A stretch of DNA of 63,196 nt from Octopus bimaculoides (GCF_001194135.2 NC_068993.1:2745543-2808738), one strand, 5' to 3'. Shown: positions 1-14,000, counted from the first letter of the stretch. The notes: a model not told the origin generated them from the letters alone. Numbers and translations: made by a program.

Positions 1-330
1 ATATATATACATATATATATACATATACACATGTATCTATGTATCTATGTATCTATGCACACAGATATTTCCACTATCTTTTTATTAGATAAACTCTCTG
101 TCCTTCCTCTCTCTGTCCTTCCTCTCTCTGTCCGTCCTTCCTCTCTCAGTGTCAATATTTTCTGTCTTTCTGGTTGTAATTACTTTCCCTCTCTCATGTA
201 CGTCTATGTATGTGCATGTGTGTGTGCATATACATACACATATATACATATATGTATGTACGCTTATGAATATATATTTACCTATAAATATATGTGTAAT
301 TATAGTTCTAAGTATACATGTACCTATCTG

Positions 331-367
<37 letters not shown>

Positions 368-622
368 TTGTTCTCTCTCTTTATCCAGCCTTATCTCCTA
401 ATCTTTCTTTTCCATTTCCTTCCTATTTACATTTATTATCTTATTGCTGGTAGAAACTAATGAAAACATGAGTAAATAGACATATCTGTGTATACACTCA
501 TATGTATATATATGTGTGTTTGTGTGTGCGTGCATGTGTGTATAATATAATATATAATATAATACATATACATATATATATACATAAAATGTAATATAAA
601 TATGTATATATATGTGTGCATG

Positions 623-655
<33 letters not shown>

Positions 656-1345
656 AGATACACCTATATATACATATACATGCATGTATGTATATATATA
701 CACATATATGGATGTGTGTATATAACTAAACACACACACACACGCATACATATATATGTACAAACATTCATATTCATATACATGTTTTCATATATATATA
801 CATAAAATGTAATATAAATATGTATATATATGTGTGCATGNNNNNNNNNNNNNNNNNNNNNNNNNNNNNNNNNNNNNNNNNNNNNNNNNNNNNNNNNNNN
901 NNNNNNNNNNNNNNNNNNNNNNNNNNNNNNNNNNNNNNNNNNNNNNNNNNNNNNNNNNNNNNNNNNNNNNNNNNNNNNNNNNNNNNNNNNNNNNNNNNNN
1001 NNNNNNNNNNNNNNNNNNNNNNNNNNNNNNNNNNNNNNNNNNNNNNNNNNNNNNNNNNNNNNNNNNNNNNNNNNNNNNNNNNNNNNNNNNNNNNNNNNNN
1101 NNNNNNNNNNNNNNNNNNNNNNNNNNNNNNNNNNNNNNNNNNNNNNNNNNNNNNNNNNNNNNNNNNNNNNNNNNNNNNNNNNNNNNNNNNNNNNNNNNNN
1201 NNNNNNNNNNNNNNNNNNNNNNNNNNNNNNNNNNNNNNNNNNNNNNNNNNNNNNNNNNNNNNNNNNNNNNNNNNNNNNNNNNNNNNNNNNNNNNNNNNNN
1301 NNNNNNNNNNNNNNNNNNNNNNNNNNNNNNNNNNNNNNNNNNNNN

Positions 1346-1392
<47 letters not shown>

Positions 1393-1500
1393 GTTTGTAT
1401 ATATATGTGTGTGTATGTGTATATATATATGCATGTATACTTGTGCATATATATATGTACACACACACACATGTATATATGTATGTATATATACATATAT
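1..1500. repeat. (TA)/(CA)/(TATG) low-complexity region with a 505-N gap
   Basis: Direct reading; N from 841 to 1345. Confidence 0.95.
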
Positions 1501-2504
1501 ATCTTAGATATTCACATGCGAATACATGAATCTTTTCAATTTTATATTGCACAGCAAAGTAATAAAATGCTTGTGAAATAAAATGGAATATATATTTAAT
1601 AGCTCCTTCCTATAGTTTCAGAATATTAAAATGATAAAAAGTTTCCAACTTAATAACTAGAAATTGTCCACTGAAGAAGCCTGCCTGAGGGCACATGTTA
1701 AACAGTTATTATCATGTTTAGGACCGAGATTCCATCGTTGGCCAAGTTCAATGCAAAACCTGTATAGCCACTTATTACCAGAAAGACTTCATCAGTGTTG
1801 TTTAGCCCCAGGACAGACTTGATTGAGAAGACTTATGATAAAATATATTCCAGCTGGGAGCATATATTATTTTTATTCTCTCACAATATCTGTTTGCTCC
1901 TGGTACATTTTCTGTTTTCTCTTTTTGTTGAATATGATGTGGTAGGATTTTTAGTATAATTCAACTGCTATTTCTAATAGACAGATTCTAGATAGATGTT
2001 TCATTATCTTTTTTTTTTTAACCTTTAATAGCATAGCAAGCCCCCACCCCCTGCTGCATTTTGAACCATAACTCTCAAAGTTTTCTCAGTTCAGAATCAC
2101 AATTTAATGTATGTCCATAGAAAGAAAAATATGACAATGAAAGTTATTAATGTTTATGTGAATAAAATTCAACCAATTTGCACTGACTGACTTATTAATG
2201 AGAGTGGAGATGGCAAACATCAAAGGTGGTGGGTTTCCCCACCAAACAGTCTGGTCAAAGAACTTAGAAGCTGGCTTAGGGTTATAAAAGCTTCCAATTC
2301 AGCTTTGGACCAGAGAGTCACTCAGCCATTTAGAGGAATGTATGTCACTGGTGCCAGTGAGTTAGTTTCTCCCAAACTCTTTCACTTTTTATTTTTATTT
2401 AACATGTTTATGCCATACTTAACAAGAAGCACCAACCTTAACTTGTAGAATCAAGTAATTTATATTAATTATGTGCAGCAATTTAAACACCCTGCTCTGC
2501 TTTT

Positions 2505-2700
2505 TAATATTGATTTCAAATTTTAGCACAGGGTCAGGAATTTGAGGGGAGGAGGTAAGTCAATTAAATCGATCCCAGTGCGTAACTGGTATTCATTTTA
2601 TTTACCCCCAAAAGGATGAAAGGTAAAGATGATCTTGGCGGAATTTGAACCAAGGCCATAAAGACAGATGAAATACTGCCAAGCTTTTTGCCCAGTTTAC
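2505..2700 (-). mobile_element. SINE family A
   Basis: Reverse complement of the shared family core (GAGTTCAAATT..CTTTCATCC..ATAAGTACCAG..GGCCTTGTGC.AAAATTTGAA). Confidence 0.8.
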
Positions 2701-3587
2701 CATCTGAGCAAAGGTTTCTTAATATTATCCAGCAAATTGTATTACAGACGATTCCTAAATGTTCTGTTTGTTCAACTTTGTTCCATTAATTCACTGGATG
2801 TACACTTATAAATATAACGATGTGGGTTAATGAAATGTTTGAAAAACTCAATTAAACTTTAGTGTAGTCATTGCCTTCACAAACAACTTATCTAACACTG
2901 GGAAGAAACTAATAATGGCTAACAGACACACTGGAAAGTCTTCTTTTTTTTTCTATAATTGATGGTTGCTCTTGAAGGCATTCTGCCTGAGGAAAGGAAA
3001 GACAAAAGAAAACAAAAAAACATTTGGCTGACAGCAACAATAACAGTAGCAACAACTACTTTAGACTTGAAAAGTATGGCTGTAACTACTGTTGCTCGCA
3101 GACTATCACTCATCATAGCTCTCAGAATTGTGATAATGGAAACTAAGCAAATTACTTTGAATTTGATTGAGCCAAAATGCTGGATATCCAGGATGTGCTT
3201 CTTGCTCACCATAGAATCATTCACAGGTCATAATCAGTACTGTTAGTAGTAATATCCTCCAAACAGACACCATCATGCAGTGATGAGGAAGAGACAGACA
3301 CAACAGACATGGAAGAAAAATCAGGGCAGTAAAAACAAGGAAGAAAAATTTTTAAATGAGCTTAGACTAGGAGTAGGGAGGAGTCTGGAAGAAGTGTCTA
3401 TTTGTTCTATATTCATTGCTCTTCAAATTGCCAATTGTAGTTAAAGGTTGAGCTAAAATCCTGAACAAAAACAAAAGGAATATTGTGCTTTTGGAGTTGA
3501 TAAATTAAGTACCAATGAAACAATGGGGTCAATTAAATTGACTGGTTCTCTCTCACCAAATTTTCAGCCTGTGCTATAATAGAAAGG

Positions 3588-3629
<42 letters not shown>

Positions 3630-4170
3630 GAGTGACAGAGCAGCACACACCATTAAAGTGGTGCTGGAATACAGATATACAAGGCCCAATATAGCCATCA
3701 TGGCTACCCATCTGATAGGGGTACACCAGGCACATGCAGCACAACTACATGTGTGTGACATGGTGACTTCATATCAAAGTTAACAGAGCATGACCTTGCA
3801 GGTGGAGCCCAGTTAGAATCTTCATTGGGTGGAGGAGCCCGTCCCACCCAAAAGGTCCCTGAATAAGAGTTGCTTCAGGATGATTAATGAAACACCCATG
3901 TTTCCAGAGGTGAATTATTCAAATCCCAAATAATTTCTTTCAACATATATCCATGATGTTACCCCACTACTGCTCATAATCAGAGATGTCACCCACCTAG
4001 GGACGTGCTCAATTCCTTAAGGTCAAACAAGTGACAAGCATATCTGTGGTATGGAGCAGAATATTTACTGTTGCCTGTCTTTTATACCATAGCAAAACAT
4101 ATATATGTTAACACTTCCAATCAGTTAAGATCAGCACTCATGAGAGCCCGTGCATGGTACTGCATCAGGG
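3630..4170. mobile_element. ~540-bp unique-looking element embedded in a (TAT)n microsatellite
   Basis: GC-richer block with sharp ends, flanked on both sides by (TAT)n arrays (3589-3629 and 4171-4258); no long ORF; family not assigned. Confidence 0.55.
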
Positions 4171-4173
4171 TAA

Positions 4174-4249
<76 letters not shown>

Positions 4250-4842
4250 ATTATTATTGCTGTTGTTGTTGTTGTTGTTGCTTTTTTGTTGTTGTTGGCG
4301 GTGGTGGTGCTAAATTATTCATTTCTGAAAAGCAAAAGAAAACATCTTTGTTTCTTCTGCCATCTATTTTCTATATTGATCTGAAAATCTTAAGTATTTG
4401 GTAAGAATGCAATAATATTATTGAGTGACAAATGTTCTTTGTGAACAAGTTAATAATTTGTGATATTTCTTATTGGGGAAATTATATTACAATCGAGGCT
4501 TTTTATTTCGATATTGAAGGTAGTTTAATTTAACTTTTACAATTTCCTGTTGTTGTTTGAAAAGAAGAGAAATTCACAGGAAGAATTAAATAAACGTTTA
4601 GACAAAGAAAACAAAAGGAAATTTATAAGCATGCTCAACACAAACATTAACAGCAACAACAGTTGCAGTAGCAGCATGTATTTTAAAGATGTGAAAAGGT
4701 GGTGGAGATGGTGGTGGCTGTAATCATTGTCATCATTGTTGTCATGACTGTGGCTAACAAAGGCAGTGAAGAAGACAAAGGAGAAGAAAAAGTAAAAGAA
4801 CAAGAAGAATCTTTCTCACTTACCCATTCTTGCTATATCATG

Positions 4843-4901
<59 letters not shown>

Positions 4902-5174
4902 ACTCTCTCTAAATATAAAACGATATAGCTATCTAAGTATCATACTTTAATGTAAGTACACAGTTGAAAGGCATGATGCTGTGGTTTTTGTCTGAGAGAA
5001 GCTCAACAGGTATTCTGTAGCATTGGTGAGTCTATTATTTTCTATTATTTTGTATATTAACGGGAACTGATTCTGTTTAGGCATGTGACTATTACGTACA
5101 TACCATTGACAACCCACCAAAAGGCCAAACTATGTCTGGCATTCTCATCTGGGCAGATGTTCATCTTACTCCAA

Positions 5175-5922
5175 AATACTTTTTATCTCATACTCGTTTC
5201 AGGCATCAGATTGTGCCCATGCTGGGGCACTGTCTTGAAGAATTGACTTCAGCACTTATTTCTTGTTAAAGCCTGATACTTATTCTACCAGTCTCTTTTG
5301 ATGAACCACTAAGTTACAGGGAAAATGTTAACACACCAACACTGGTTGTCTAGTGGTGATGGGGAACAAACATGAACACAAAGACACACACACACACATG
5401 TATATGTGTATATACACACATATATATATATACACATAGGCACAGGCTTGGTTGTGTGGTAAGAAGCTTGCTTCCCAACCACATGGTTCAGGGTTCAGTC
5501 CCACAACATGAAACCTTGGGCAAGTGTCTTCTGCTATAGTCTTGGGCCAACCAAAGTCTTGCGAGTGGATTTGGTAGACAGAAACTGAAAGAAGGCTATC
5601 ATGTACATGTATGTGTGTGTGTGTCTTTGTTTGTCCCCTACCACCATTTCACAACCAGTGTCTCTGTGTTTATGTCCCTGTGACTTAGCAGTTTGGCAAA
5701 AAAGATTGATAGAATAAGTACCAGCTTTTAAAAAGAAAACCTAAGTCCTGTGTTCGATATATGATGGGCTTCTTTTAGTTTCCATCTACCAATTCCACTC
5801 ACAAGGCTTTGGTTGGCCTGAGGCTATAGTAGAAGACACTCATCCAAGGTGCCATGCAATTAAACTGAACCTGGATCCATGTGGTTGTGAAGGAAACTTC
5901 TTACCACACACCCATATCTGCA
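5175..5922 (-). mobile_element. SINE family B split into two parts (5175-5400 and 5761-5922) by the nested plus-strand copy
   Basis: Head at 5922-5761 and 3' half at 5400-5175 are colinear with the full-length copies at 30055 and 48452. Confidence 0.8.
5437..5760 (+). mobile_element. SINE family B
   Basis: GGTTCAGTCCC B-box-like, CCTTGGGCAAGTGTCTTCT (CORE-like), internal (TG)n. Confidence 0.9.
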
Positions 5923-6708
5923 CTTAGATATTGAGCCTTTTAACACACCATATCTATGAAAAGATTTCATCTTAGAAAAAAGTCACAGCATCTTATCTTT
6001 CATTGGTCAATATAAATTAAGTGCAATACAAAGTTGGCTATTTTAATCTAATGCTGCTTCAATTGCACAGACCAAGATTTTTGGAAGAGATATATTTTAC
6101 TTACCTGCTGTTTGGTTTGCATCAATATATTTTTATCAATGTAGAATATCCTTCAAACTGAAATAAGATTTTGTATAAATTATTCCAAACATGCCATTTA
6201 AGTGATTATTTACCTACCTTTAGCATTTTCCTTGCAGAACAAATGTGTAATTCAAAACCTTAGCTTCTCTGCCATTGCTGGGCAATTTAAACTGGTGATG
6301 TAGCCTTCAGATTTATCAGTTTCCAACAGCAAATCAAAATAACCCCTTAAAAACCCTGTCAAGTACAATTTCCAAAATAATAAATAAGAAGAATATCCGA
6401 GAGAGTTACAAGTCTCTCTCTTCCTACTGGATAAACTGAAATCATGAATATGTTTCTTGCCTCAATCAAGTTAAATAGAAATGCATAGCAGTGGAGTTAA
6501 GAAGTTTGATTTGCAAAGAATGGTTCTTGGTTCGAAGTCTCCAGAATAAAATGTCTGATAAGAGCTCATGTTCAGTATGATAATTGGTGGCCAAAAATCC
6601 AACACTGCTTTGAGTTGGGTTGGGTGCATCCATAAATCTACTCTTTGACTTTGTGCTTTTGAGATATTTTGAATCTTCATAATTCTGGTGAGCTTGCATG
6701 TGATGTGG

Positions 6709-6743
<35 letters not shown>

Positions 6744-6854
6744 CACGCACAGATGCACAACACTCATACAGATTGAAGTAAGTATATACACACATGCATA
6801 CACAGACACAGAGACTGACACAAACACACATATACATACATGTTATATATACAT

Positions 6855-6905
<51 letters not shown>

Positions 6906-6949
6906 NNNNNNNNNNCAAACACACATATACATACATGTTATATATACAT

Positions 6950-6986
<37 letters not shown>

Positions 6987-6997
6987 ATATGCGTGTA

Positions 6998-7125
6998 TGA
7001 AGGCACATGGCTTAATGGTTAGTGTGCTGCACTCCCAACTGCAAGTTCATGGGTTCGATTCCCAGACCAGGAGTTGCATTGTGTTCTTGAGCAAAGCACT
7101 TCATTTCACGTTGCTCTGCAATCAT
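6998..7125 (+). mobile_element. SINE family C (5' part)
   Basis: TGGCTTAATGG A box, GGTTCGATTCC B box, then gtgttcttgagcaaagcacttcatttcacgttgctc. Confidence 0.85.
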
Positions 7126-8920
7126 TTCGTTGTCTTAGCCAACAATTTTTCACTGGCTAAGACTAGCCTCAGATTGCCCAACAATACGACCTCTTTGGAA
7201 ATCTGACAGTTCTGCTGAACTTTTTGTGCATGGCATGGTTACTCTTCACAAATGTTTAATATAATAGCACCTGGAATGAAAAAGAATAATTACATTGTAA
7301 ATTCTACACTACTGAAAACATATTAAGACACTTAGATCAGAAATTTTGAAAACTAAAGGTGTCTATTTACTTCCTGCATGTCTGTGTATATGCATATATA
7401 TGTATGTATATATATGTGTGTGTATGTGTGTATCCTTAGTCTATATATTTAATGTGTATATGCATGAATACATATGTAAAAGTGAAAAGTCTCTCTCTTT
7501 GTTCCTGTTTTGTTCCTCTCTTAACTGAAAGCTATATATTACTTTAACTATTTGAAATAAATTTAGAATATTTTCAATATTTTTATAATTTACTGCTTTT
7601 TTTTTCAATAATTTTTATAATTTCCTGAGATATCAGTTAAGTTTAGCTTACTAAGTTTTGACACATATATAAATCTCTTTGAAACTTCACTTATATTGTT
7701 TGTCTTAATTTGTTTTATATTTTCTTTATTTGTCATTCGATTCAAATATGTTCAAATTGAGTGTGATGCCGTCGTAGTTTCAGTAACTATATTTTAGAGA
7801 GATATATATCTGTCTGTCTGTTCATTCAGCTTTATAATTACCATGATGACTGGCAAAAAAAATATATACCTATTACACATAAATATACATAAAAATATAT
7901 TTATACAAGGATATAATGAAATAGAATTTTTAAAAATGTAATGTAAAAGTAACTTTGAAGCAAACATGAATCTGACAAAAATGACATTTTCTTTTTTTTG
8001 TTTTTACAAGGAAAGATAAATGGTTTTAAAATAAATATTGGAAATTAGAATAAATATATGGAAATTTAGAAAATTGATACATTTTACAAGAATATTTTAT
8101 AACCAATGAAAATTATATGGAGAATAAAAAATTAGCACTTTGAAGAATAACATGGTTTCAGTCAGATTTGACATATATACAAGGCTAATTTTGGCATATA
8201 GACTTGGAATTCTAGACACAAAAAAAGAAAAAAAAATACATGGTGTGTATTATATCAAAAGGAATCAGATTTGTGTTGGTGTAAAATAGTAAAGATTGGT
8301 ACCAACAAATGTCACAAAGTACAGACCAAGATAAGAAGGGAACATGGCAAAATGGTATGTGTTGTAGTAAGTAGTGTAATATGTAGTCCAAATAAGGAGC
8401 AAATAGGTACCTCACCATTATCAAAAGAACAAAAGGATTTACCAGAACGATGAGGAAACTGCATCCAGTAGTGATGGTCAAGGCTGGGGTTTCTAGTGTT
8501 GTGGGGAGTGGAGAGTCACCCTATAATTACCATTGTTCACAGGACTGTTCTGATTCAGGATAGTTTCTGTCAGGGCTCTATCTGTGGCTTAAATAGACTT
8601 CCCAAGGATAGAGGAGGTTCCCATTATTTTTAACAAAGCTGTGTGGAAGGCAGTTCTTCTTGGAAAAAGAAAAATACGCTGACAAAACTTGTCAGTGGAA
8701 CCTATAATGGCAACTGAGAGAGTGATGGAAGCGTGGTACAAGGTTTTGTCACTTAAATCCAATGATAAACACATTGATCACTATTTTGTATTCTATAAAG
8801 TCATATGGTGATGGAATTCTGGTGTCCAAAGTCATATCCATGCATATGCAAGGATAAAAATAAATTAGAGCAATCAAGGCTGATTGTAAAACACCTACCA
8901 TCTGACAAGAGGAGGCAATC

Positions 8921-8962
<42 letters not shown>

Positions 8963-9108
8963 CATATATATATCTATATGTATACATACATATATNNNNN
9001 NNNNNNNNNNNNNNNNNNNNNNNNNNNNNNNNNNNNNNNNNNNNNNNNNNNNNNNNNNNNNNNNNNNNNNNNNNNNNNNNNNNNNNNNNNNNNNNNNNNN
9101 NNNNNNNN

Positions 9109-9159
<51 letters not shown>

Positions 9160-9620
9160 TATCCATGTATATTCATGTATATATATATATATCTCCACAC
9201 ACTCACACACACACACACACACACATAAAAATACATATTCACATTTACATTACAATTCAGGAGTTAATAAGTGCAGTGGATATATGCATGAAGGTGAACT
9301 CACAGGCTTTGCAGCATTCTGTCCAAATACAGGTGTGAATGAATATGTCCAAGGCAGATGAAATGACATGCAAAAGTGCAAGAGAAAGATTCATGTGAAG
9401 ATAACAGTATATGAATATGGAGGTGATAACATCAAGAGAGATACAAAAAGTCTGTTAGTGACAATATGAATGATTATGTTTCAGGAATAAATGTTAAAAG
9501 CTGAGGGCAAATAATATTATGAATATGTATGCATGCATACATGTATGTATGTTCACCATAAGAAGTGGTTATACTATGACATGAGTTGACATCCACCATG
9601 TATGTATGTAAGTATGTAAC

Positions 9621-9935
9621 TACAGGGTGATTCAAAAATAGCCATACATAGGAAGAATTTATCTTTTTTATAAGAAACAGTTTATAAGAACAGTTTTTTA
9701 AAATTTATTTAACAGACTCTATATAGTTACCATTGTTTTGAATACACATTGCAATGTTTACCCCACTATTGTAAACTTGTAATAGCACATCTGGTGATAC
9801 TTGTGCAAATGAGTTGGTGATGCGTTCCTTCAAATGATTTATGTCCTTTATCTTTCCGTGATACACCATGCCTTTAAAATGCCCCCAAAAGATAGAAATC
9901 AAGAGGGGTCAGACCAGGGGATCTAGGGGATCTTA
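9621..9935 (-). mobile_element. Tc1/mariner transposon 3' end (transposase C-terminus + TIR + TA)
   Basis: PRSPGLTPLDFYLLGHFKGMVY...HLKERIT...CIQNNGNYIE*; terminal TA|CAGGGTGATTCAAAA at 9621-9637. Confidence 0.9.
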
Positions 9936-10599
9936 TAAACTGGCTCTTATAAAGAAATAATTTTTTTCTTATGGAGACTTTTTCTTCCCATTTTTTGAAT
10001 TCACTGTTTCTTTGATTTCTTAATCCTCATCCTTAATCTCCTCTTCTTTCTTCATTCAGTCAAATCATCTTTATCCTCATCTCTCCCTCTTTGCATCCTA
10101 ATTATTGTGAAATCTCACAAAACGCCCCTCTTCACATGTAGCCACCCACACACATACACATGTATACACCCACACTGTCTTACCCACATAGCTTTCTGCT
10201 TGACGTTCATTATTTCCTGTGCTCCTATGCATTATTATACACACATACACACGTACACTCTCTCTCACTCTCTCTTTCTCTCTATTCTTCTCCCACCCTC
10301 CCTCTTTTCTCTCAGTCTCTCCTTTTCTGGCTTCCATTCTTTTTCCTTCTTTTCCTTTTCCTTTGTCACTCTTCCTATCCTCTTCATTCTATTTGTATCA
10401 CTCATTGATCATATTCTAATTTATTCCTGCACCTTCATTACTCTTAAATTCAAAACTCACACTTCCCACCCCAACATGATTTAAGACTTATGTGATAGTG
10501 TTTATTTCCCTTGCAATAACTGTCACCAAAGACTCCTCCACGTGTTCAACTTCCTCTGGCAGTGGATATTCTGATTTATACTCATATAAACTAATGGCG

Positions 10600-10990
10600 A
10601 TAGCCAAGGTGTTATGCTTTCAATGGAACTGTCTCTACAAGCATAACGAGGAATAAAAAAAAAAGAACAATTGAATAGCAACTGAAATACATTATCTGCA
10701 CCCAAAATGACGACACGTTAAAACGGCTTGTGAAATTATTTGTCGTCAAGATTATAGTAACTGACTTTTTTGACAAGAGTAGTCAATATGTAAGAAGGAC
10801 TCTTCTCTCACTCCTCTGCTGTCTTCAGTCTCACCTGCGGAATTATGATCGACCTGTGAAGTAAAATATACATCCTTCGAATGTCTTCTAAATTATCTCA
10901 CTTGGTACAGTTTTTAATAGTGTGTAATAAATTTACTGAAGGTTTTGTCACGCTGACGATTCCAAAAAAAAAAAAAAAAGATGAAATGGC
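10600..10990 (+). mobile_element. Probable Penelope-like 3' fragment (GIY-YIG remnant + hammerhead-like end)
   Basis: aatggaactgtctctacaag aligns (~14/22) with the GIY region at ~13318; KYIICTQNDDTLKRL resembles the YIG motif; CTGACGA..GAAA at 10953-10986. Confidence 0.35.
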
Positions 10991-11539
10991 ACTATACACG
11001 GCTAACATTGACTAAAGAATATTTGGAATGATTATAATGAGTAAACAGATACATAGGTATATTCTGTGATACTCCTTCATTACTCTCAAATTCAAAATTC
11101 AAATTTCTCAACCCATCACGATTTAAGATCTTTCTTGTAGTAATTACCTTCATTACTATAAATGCCACCAGTAACTCTACATGCTACATTTGTTGCGTGC
11201 ATGTGTGCATCATGGTGGTAGCTGCTGGTGAATGAAAATGTATTTCTAGGGCTGCATGTAGAATTAACTAACAACACTCGTGAGCAATTAACGGAAGGTT
11301 TTATAACTGCACATTGTATTGTCATCATATGGTACCAACAGTATTTTCTAAAATATTCTATCAATTTATATGCAAAACTGTAATTAATTCCCCTTCCAGA
11401 ATATTCTGTATTCGATTTGCATGCAACTTTAGGCATCTTGAAGTACTTCCGGCTTCAGATAAATTATACTTATTTTACATTACGTTCTGAGTTCATATTT
11501 TATTTCTTGTAAAATCAAGCGGAGAGACACTTTCTGTTG

Positions 11540-13420
11540 TTATATTTGACAAAAAATACCAATTCCTCCAAAACGTTTATGGATTATATGAACCACTGAG
11601 AAGACGAAAAAGCAAGAGAAATAAAATGTACTTTCATGAGAGTGGAACATATGAATAATCTACTTTTAAAAAAATATGGTTTCAGAACGCAAAAGTCTCG
11701 CCTGCAGAACATGGCTCTGTGAGTGTTTGAAGAAAATCTTTCTAATAGGATCAGAACGGTGAAATTTTAAAATGTTCAAATTAGTTTAGAATATCTTAAA
11801 TAAGAACTTGCGGTCTTGTAGAAACTCTAAGAGTTTCATATCTCGTGTGAGAAAGAAAAAAAAATCTTTATGAGATCGATAAACTCACCTAGACAAGACT
11901 TTTCTCCAATAACATTGCAAAACATCTGAGAAAACAACCTGAAAACATAGAATTTAATTAGCAAATAAACGACAGATGGATGACAGAGTACACCGTCTGT
12001 CAACTCGTCAAACTTATATTACATTAAAGGACCACACAATTTAATTCTAGCTTAATAATCCGGATAAACGTGAGTTAGATAAGACCAGTAAACATATATT
12101 AGATTTCATTAATAGCAGTATTGTGCAAGCAACCAGCCTTCTACTCTGCAATAATGACACTTCTGTCATTAAGTTGTTCAATGACATACACAATAAATTT
12201 AGATACAAGTTTACAGAGTTTTACATCGAGAAATTCTAACCTTCCATAACCAAAACTCTCCTACATTTCAGCGGTAATTTTACCATAATTACCGATAAGA
12301 CATCAGCGTAATTATACACGCTAGAAAGACACTTTCCTGATGACTCATTCAAAATAAAACGTAGTAGGACAAAACTATTCGACATCCCAAAAGAGTCTTT
12401 TGAAAGGGTCGAAATATACAATTCCAAAGGATTGTGCAAGATTTGCTTCCAGTGAAATTAGACTGTAGAGTTAGAGATTTACAAAGATGTCAGACTGATT
12501 GGATATATTTTTTAATAAAAGGGTAAGAAAAGAAAAAAAGAAATAGAAATAACGAAATTGACAGGTTCAAAGATTTAACCTTAGCACAGTTGATTTGTTG
12601 AACATAAACCTAAGTTTAAATTTCAGTGAATGCAATCCACAGAGAAGGCTCCACGAGACCTTACGATATTCTGCTGGTTAAAAAGGCTGACACAATAACA
12701 TTAGTAAAAGAAGTGTAGACATATCTGCTGACGTAGAATAATCTAGCTGCTGTTGGATATTGCAATGACACTGCGGATAGAAGCGAATTAAAGAAAAATA
12801 TGTGTTATGTATGTAGTAAGGCAGAACAATACAAATGTTCGCAAACACTGTTCATGTTTGTTCACATATGCAAGCATTAACATACAACAAGCTATTTATT
12901 TCATATCTATTGTTGTTTACAACGGCGTGCACCTTATATACATTCATGTACACACATACTTACATGTACATATACGTATACATATAATGCACATATACAA
13001 AACAAGCTCACAAAAGTTTACATGGTCGAATATTACAGTTGTTCACGTATATGTTGAGAAAAAAAGAGAGATCATACGGTATAACCCATTATTTAACTTC
13101 AAACTCCGTTCAAACATCATCCGATTTTTCTTTACACATTTCCCTATAGACTCTATCTGCCATAAAATATACGACATGGTGTTTAGTCAAACTACACCCC
13201 TCCAAACAACTTCACCCCTCAATAGTTACACTTAACAGAAAAAAATTTAAATATCGAAATTCACAAACTTTACCACATCACTCAAACTACCATATCGTTA
13301 ATACCTGCTCACCACAATGAAAATGCTTCTATAAAAGTGTAGTGTACAACACGAAGCTCTATACCAACAAATTGCAAAAATATAACAACATAGAGCGAAC
13401 TGAAAAATTACTTTTAAACA
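11540..13420 (+). mobile_element. Decayed Penelope-like element (Naiad-type RT + start of GIY-YIG endonuclease)
   Basis: Frame-broken translations in colinear order: KYGFRTQK (~11670); MDDRVHRLSTRQTYITLKDH; LNNPDKRELDKTSKHILDFINSSIVQAT; NDTSVIKLFNDIHNK..F*PSIT; LFDIPKESF; KKREIIRYNPLF..THFP; KCFYKSVVY (~13320). These match the PLE RT/thumb/GIY-YIG motif order from my knowledge of the family. Confidence 0.85.
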
Positions 13421-13589
13421 TGGGTGCAATAAACTGTTACTTATTACATTGCACTTTTACACTATATCGCCATCTCTGAATTTAGAGGTAGAAAGACTGT
13501 GCGGCATATCACACAGATGCATTGGGTGCGTAGGCCAACGTTATGGATATATATATATATATATATGTGGTTGCAGTAGAGATCTGAAT

Positions 13590-14000
13590 TGAGTTTACGC
13601 AAGTTAGAAAAAGCTGTAGTGAGTGCAACATTTCGGATAGTAGAGTAAAAACATTTGATTGCGTTCTTATTAAAAGTTGTATAGTATTTATGCTGCGGGT
13701 GAAAGTGTTTTCTAAGTAATTTAAAAGAAAGTCTTGTTAAAGTTGTTACGGTGAAGGTGAAAGGAGAATTATACCAAGAGATGTTTCTTTTCCTATATCC
13801 ACTTCTAATTACGTGAATTTCACTGTTTTGGATTGTAAGATCAATATAAAATATTTTTCACTTCAAAACTCTTCTAGCTAATGCTTCATTATAATAAGGT
13901 GCGGTTTCAGCGAAAAATTGCTTATTTGCGAAGAGGTTACAGATTGTAAGTGAGAGAGATACCTAACTAGAGTGTTAATAATGTCCTTACAGTGGTTAGA
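13590..14000 (-). mobile_element. Inverted Penelope-like RT C-terminal fragment
   Basis: Minus-strand translation FAETAPYYNEALAR ... RKRNISWYNSPF..LLRKHFHPQHKYYTTFNKNAIKCFYSTIRNV. Confidence 0.85.

Noticed and set aside
31-1581. Long ORFs rich in Y/I/H/T/C/V and X
   Set aside because: Translations of (TA)/(CA)/(TATG) microsatellites and N gaps; the same applies to most ORFs in the track.
1668-1705. Hammerhead-like CTGAAGA-agcc...ggc
   Set aside because: The GAAA box is absent; at best a decayed remnant.
2959-3330. 95-aa ORF and acidic DEEETDTTD peptide on the plus strand
   Set aside because: No recognisable domain, weak splice context, and could not be linked in phase to other exons.
6998-7075. 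tRNA gene
   Set aside because: It is the tRNA-derived head of SINE family C, continuing into the shared SINE body; no cloverleaf.
8212-8900. Possible LTR integrase or coding remnant
   Set aside because: Only a vague SDGQ motif; no consistent frame or catalytic residues.
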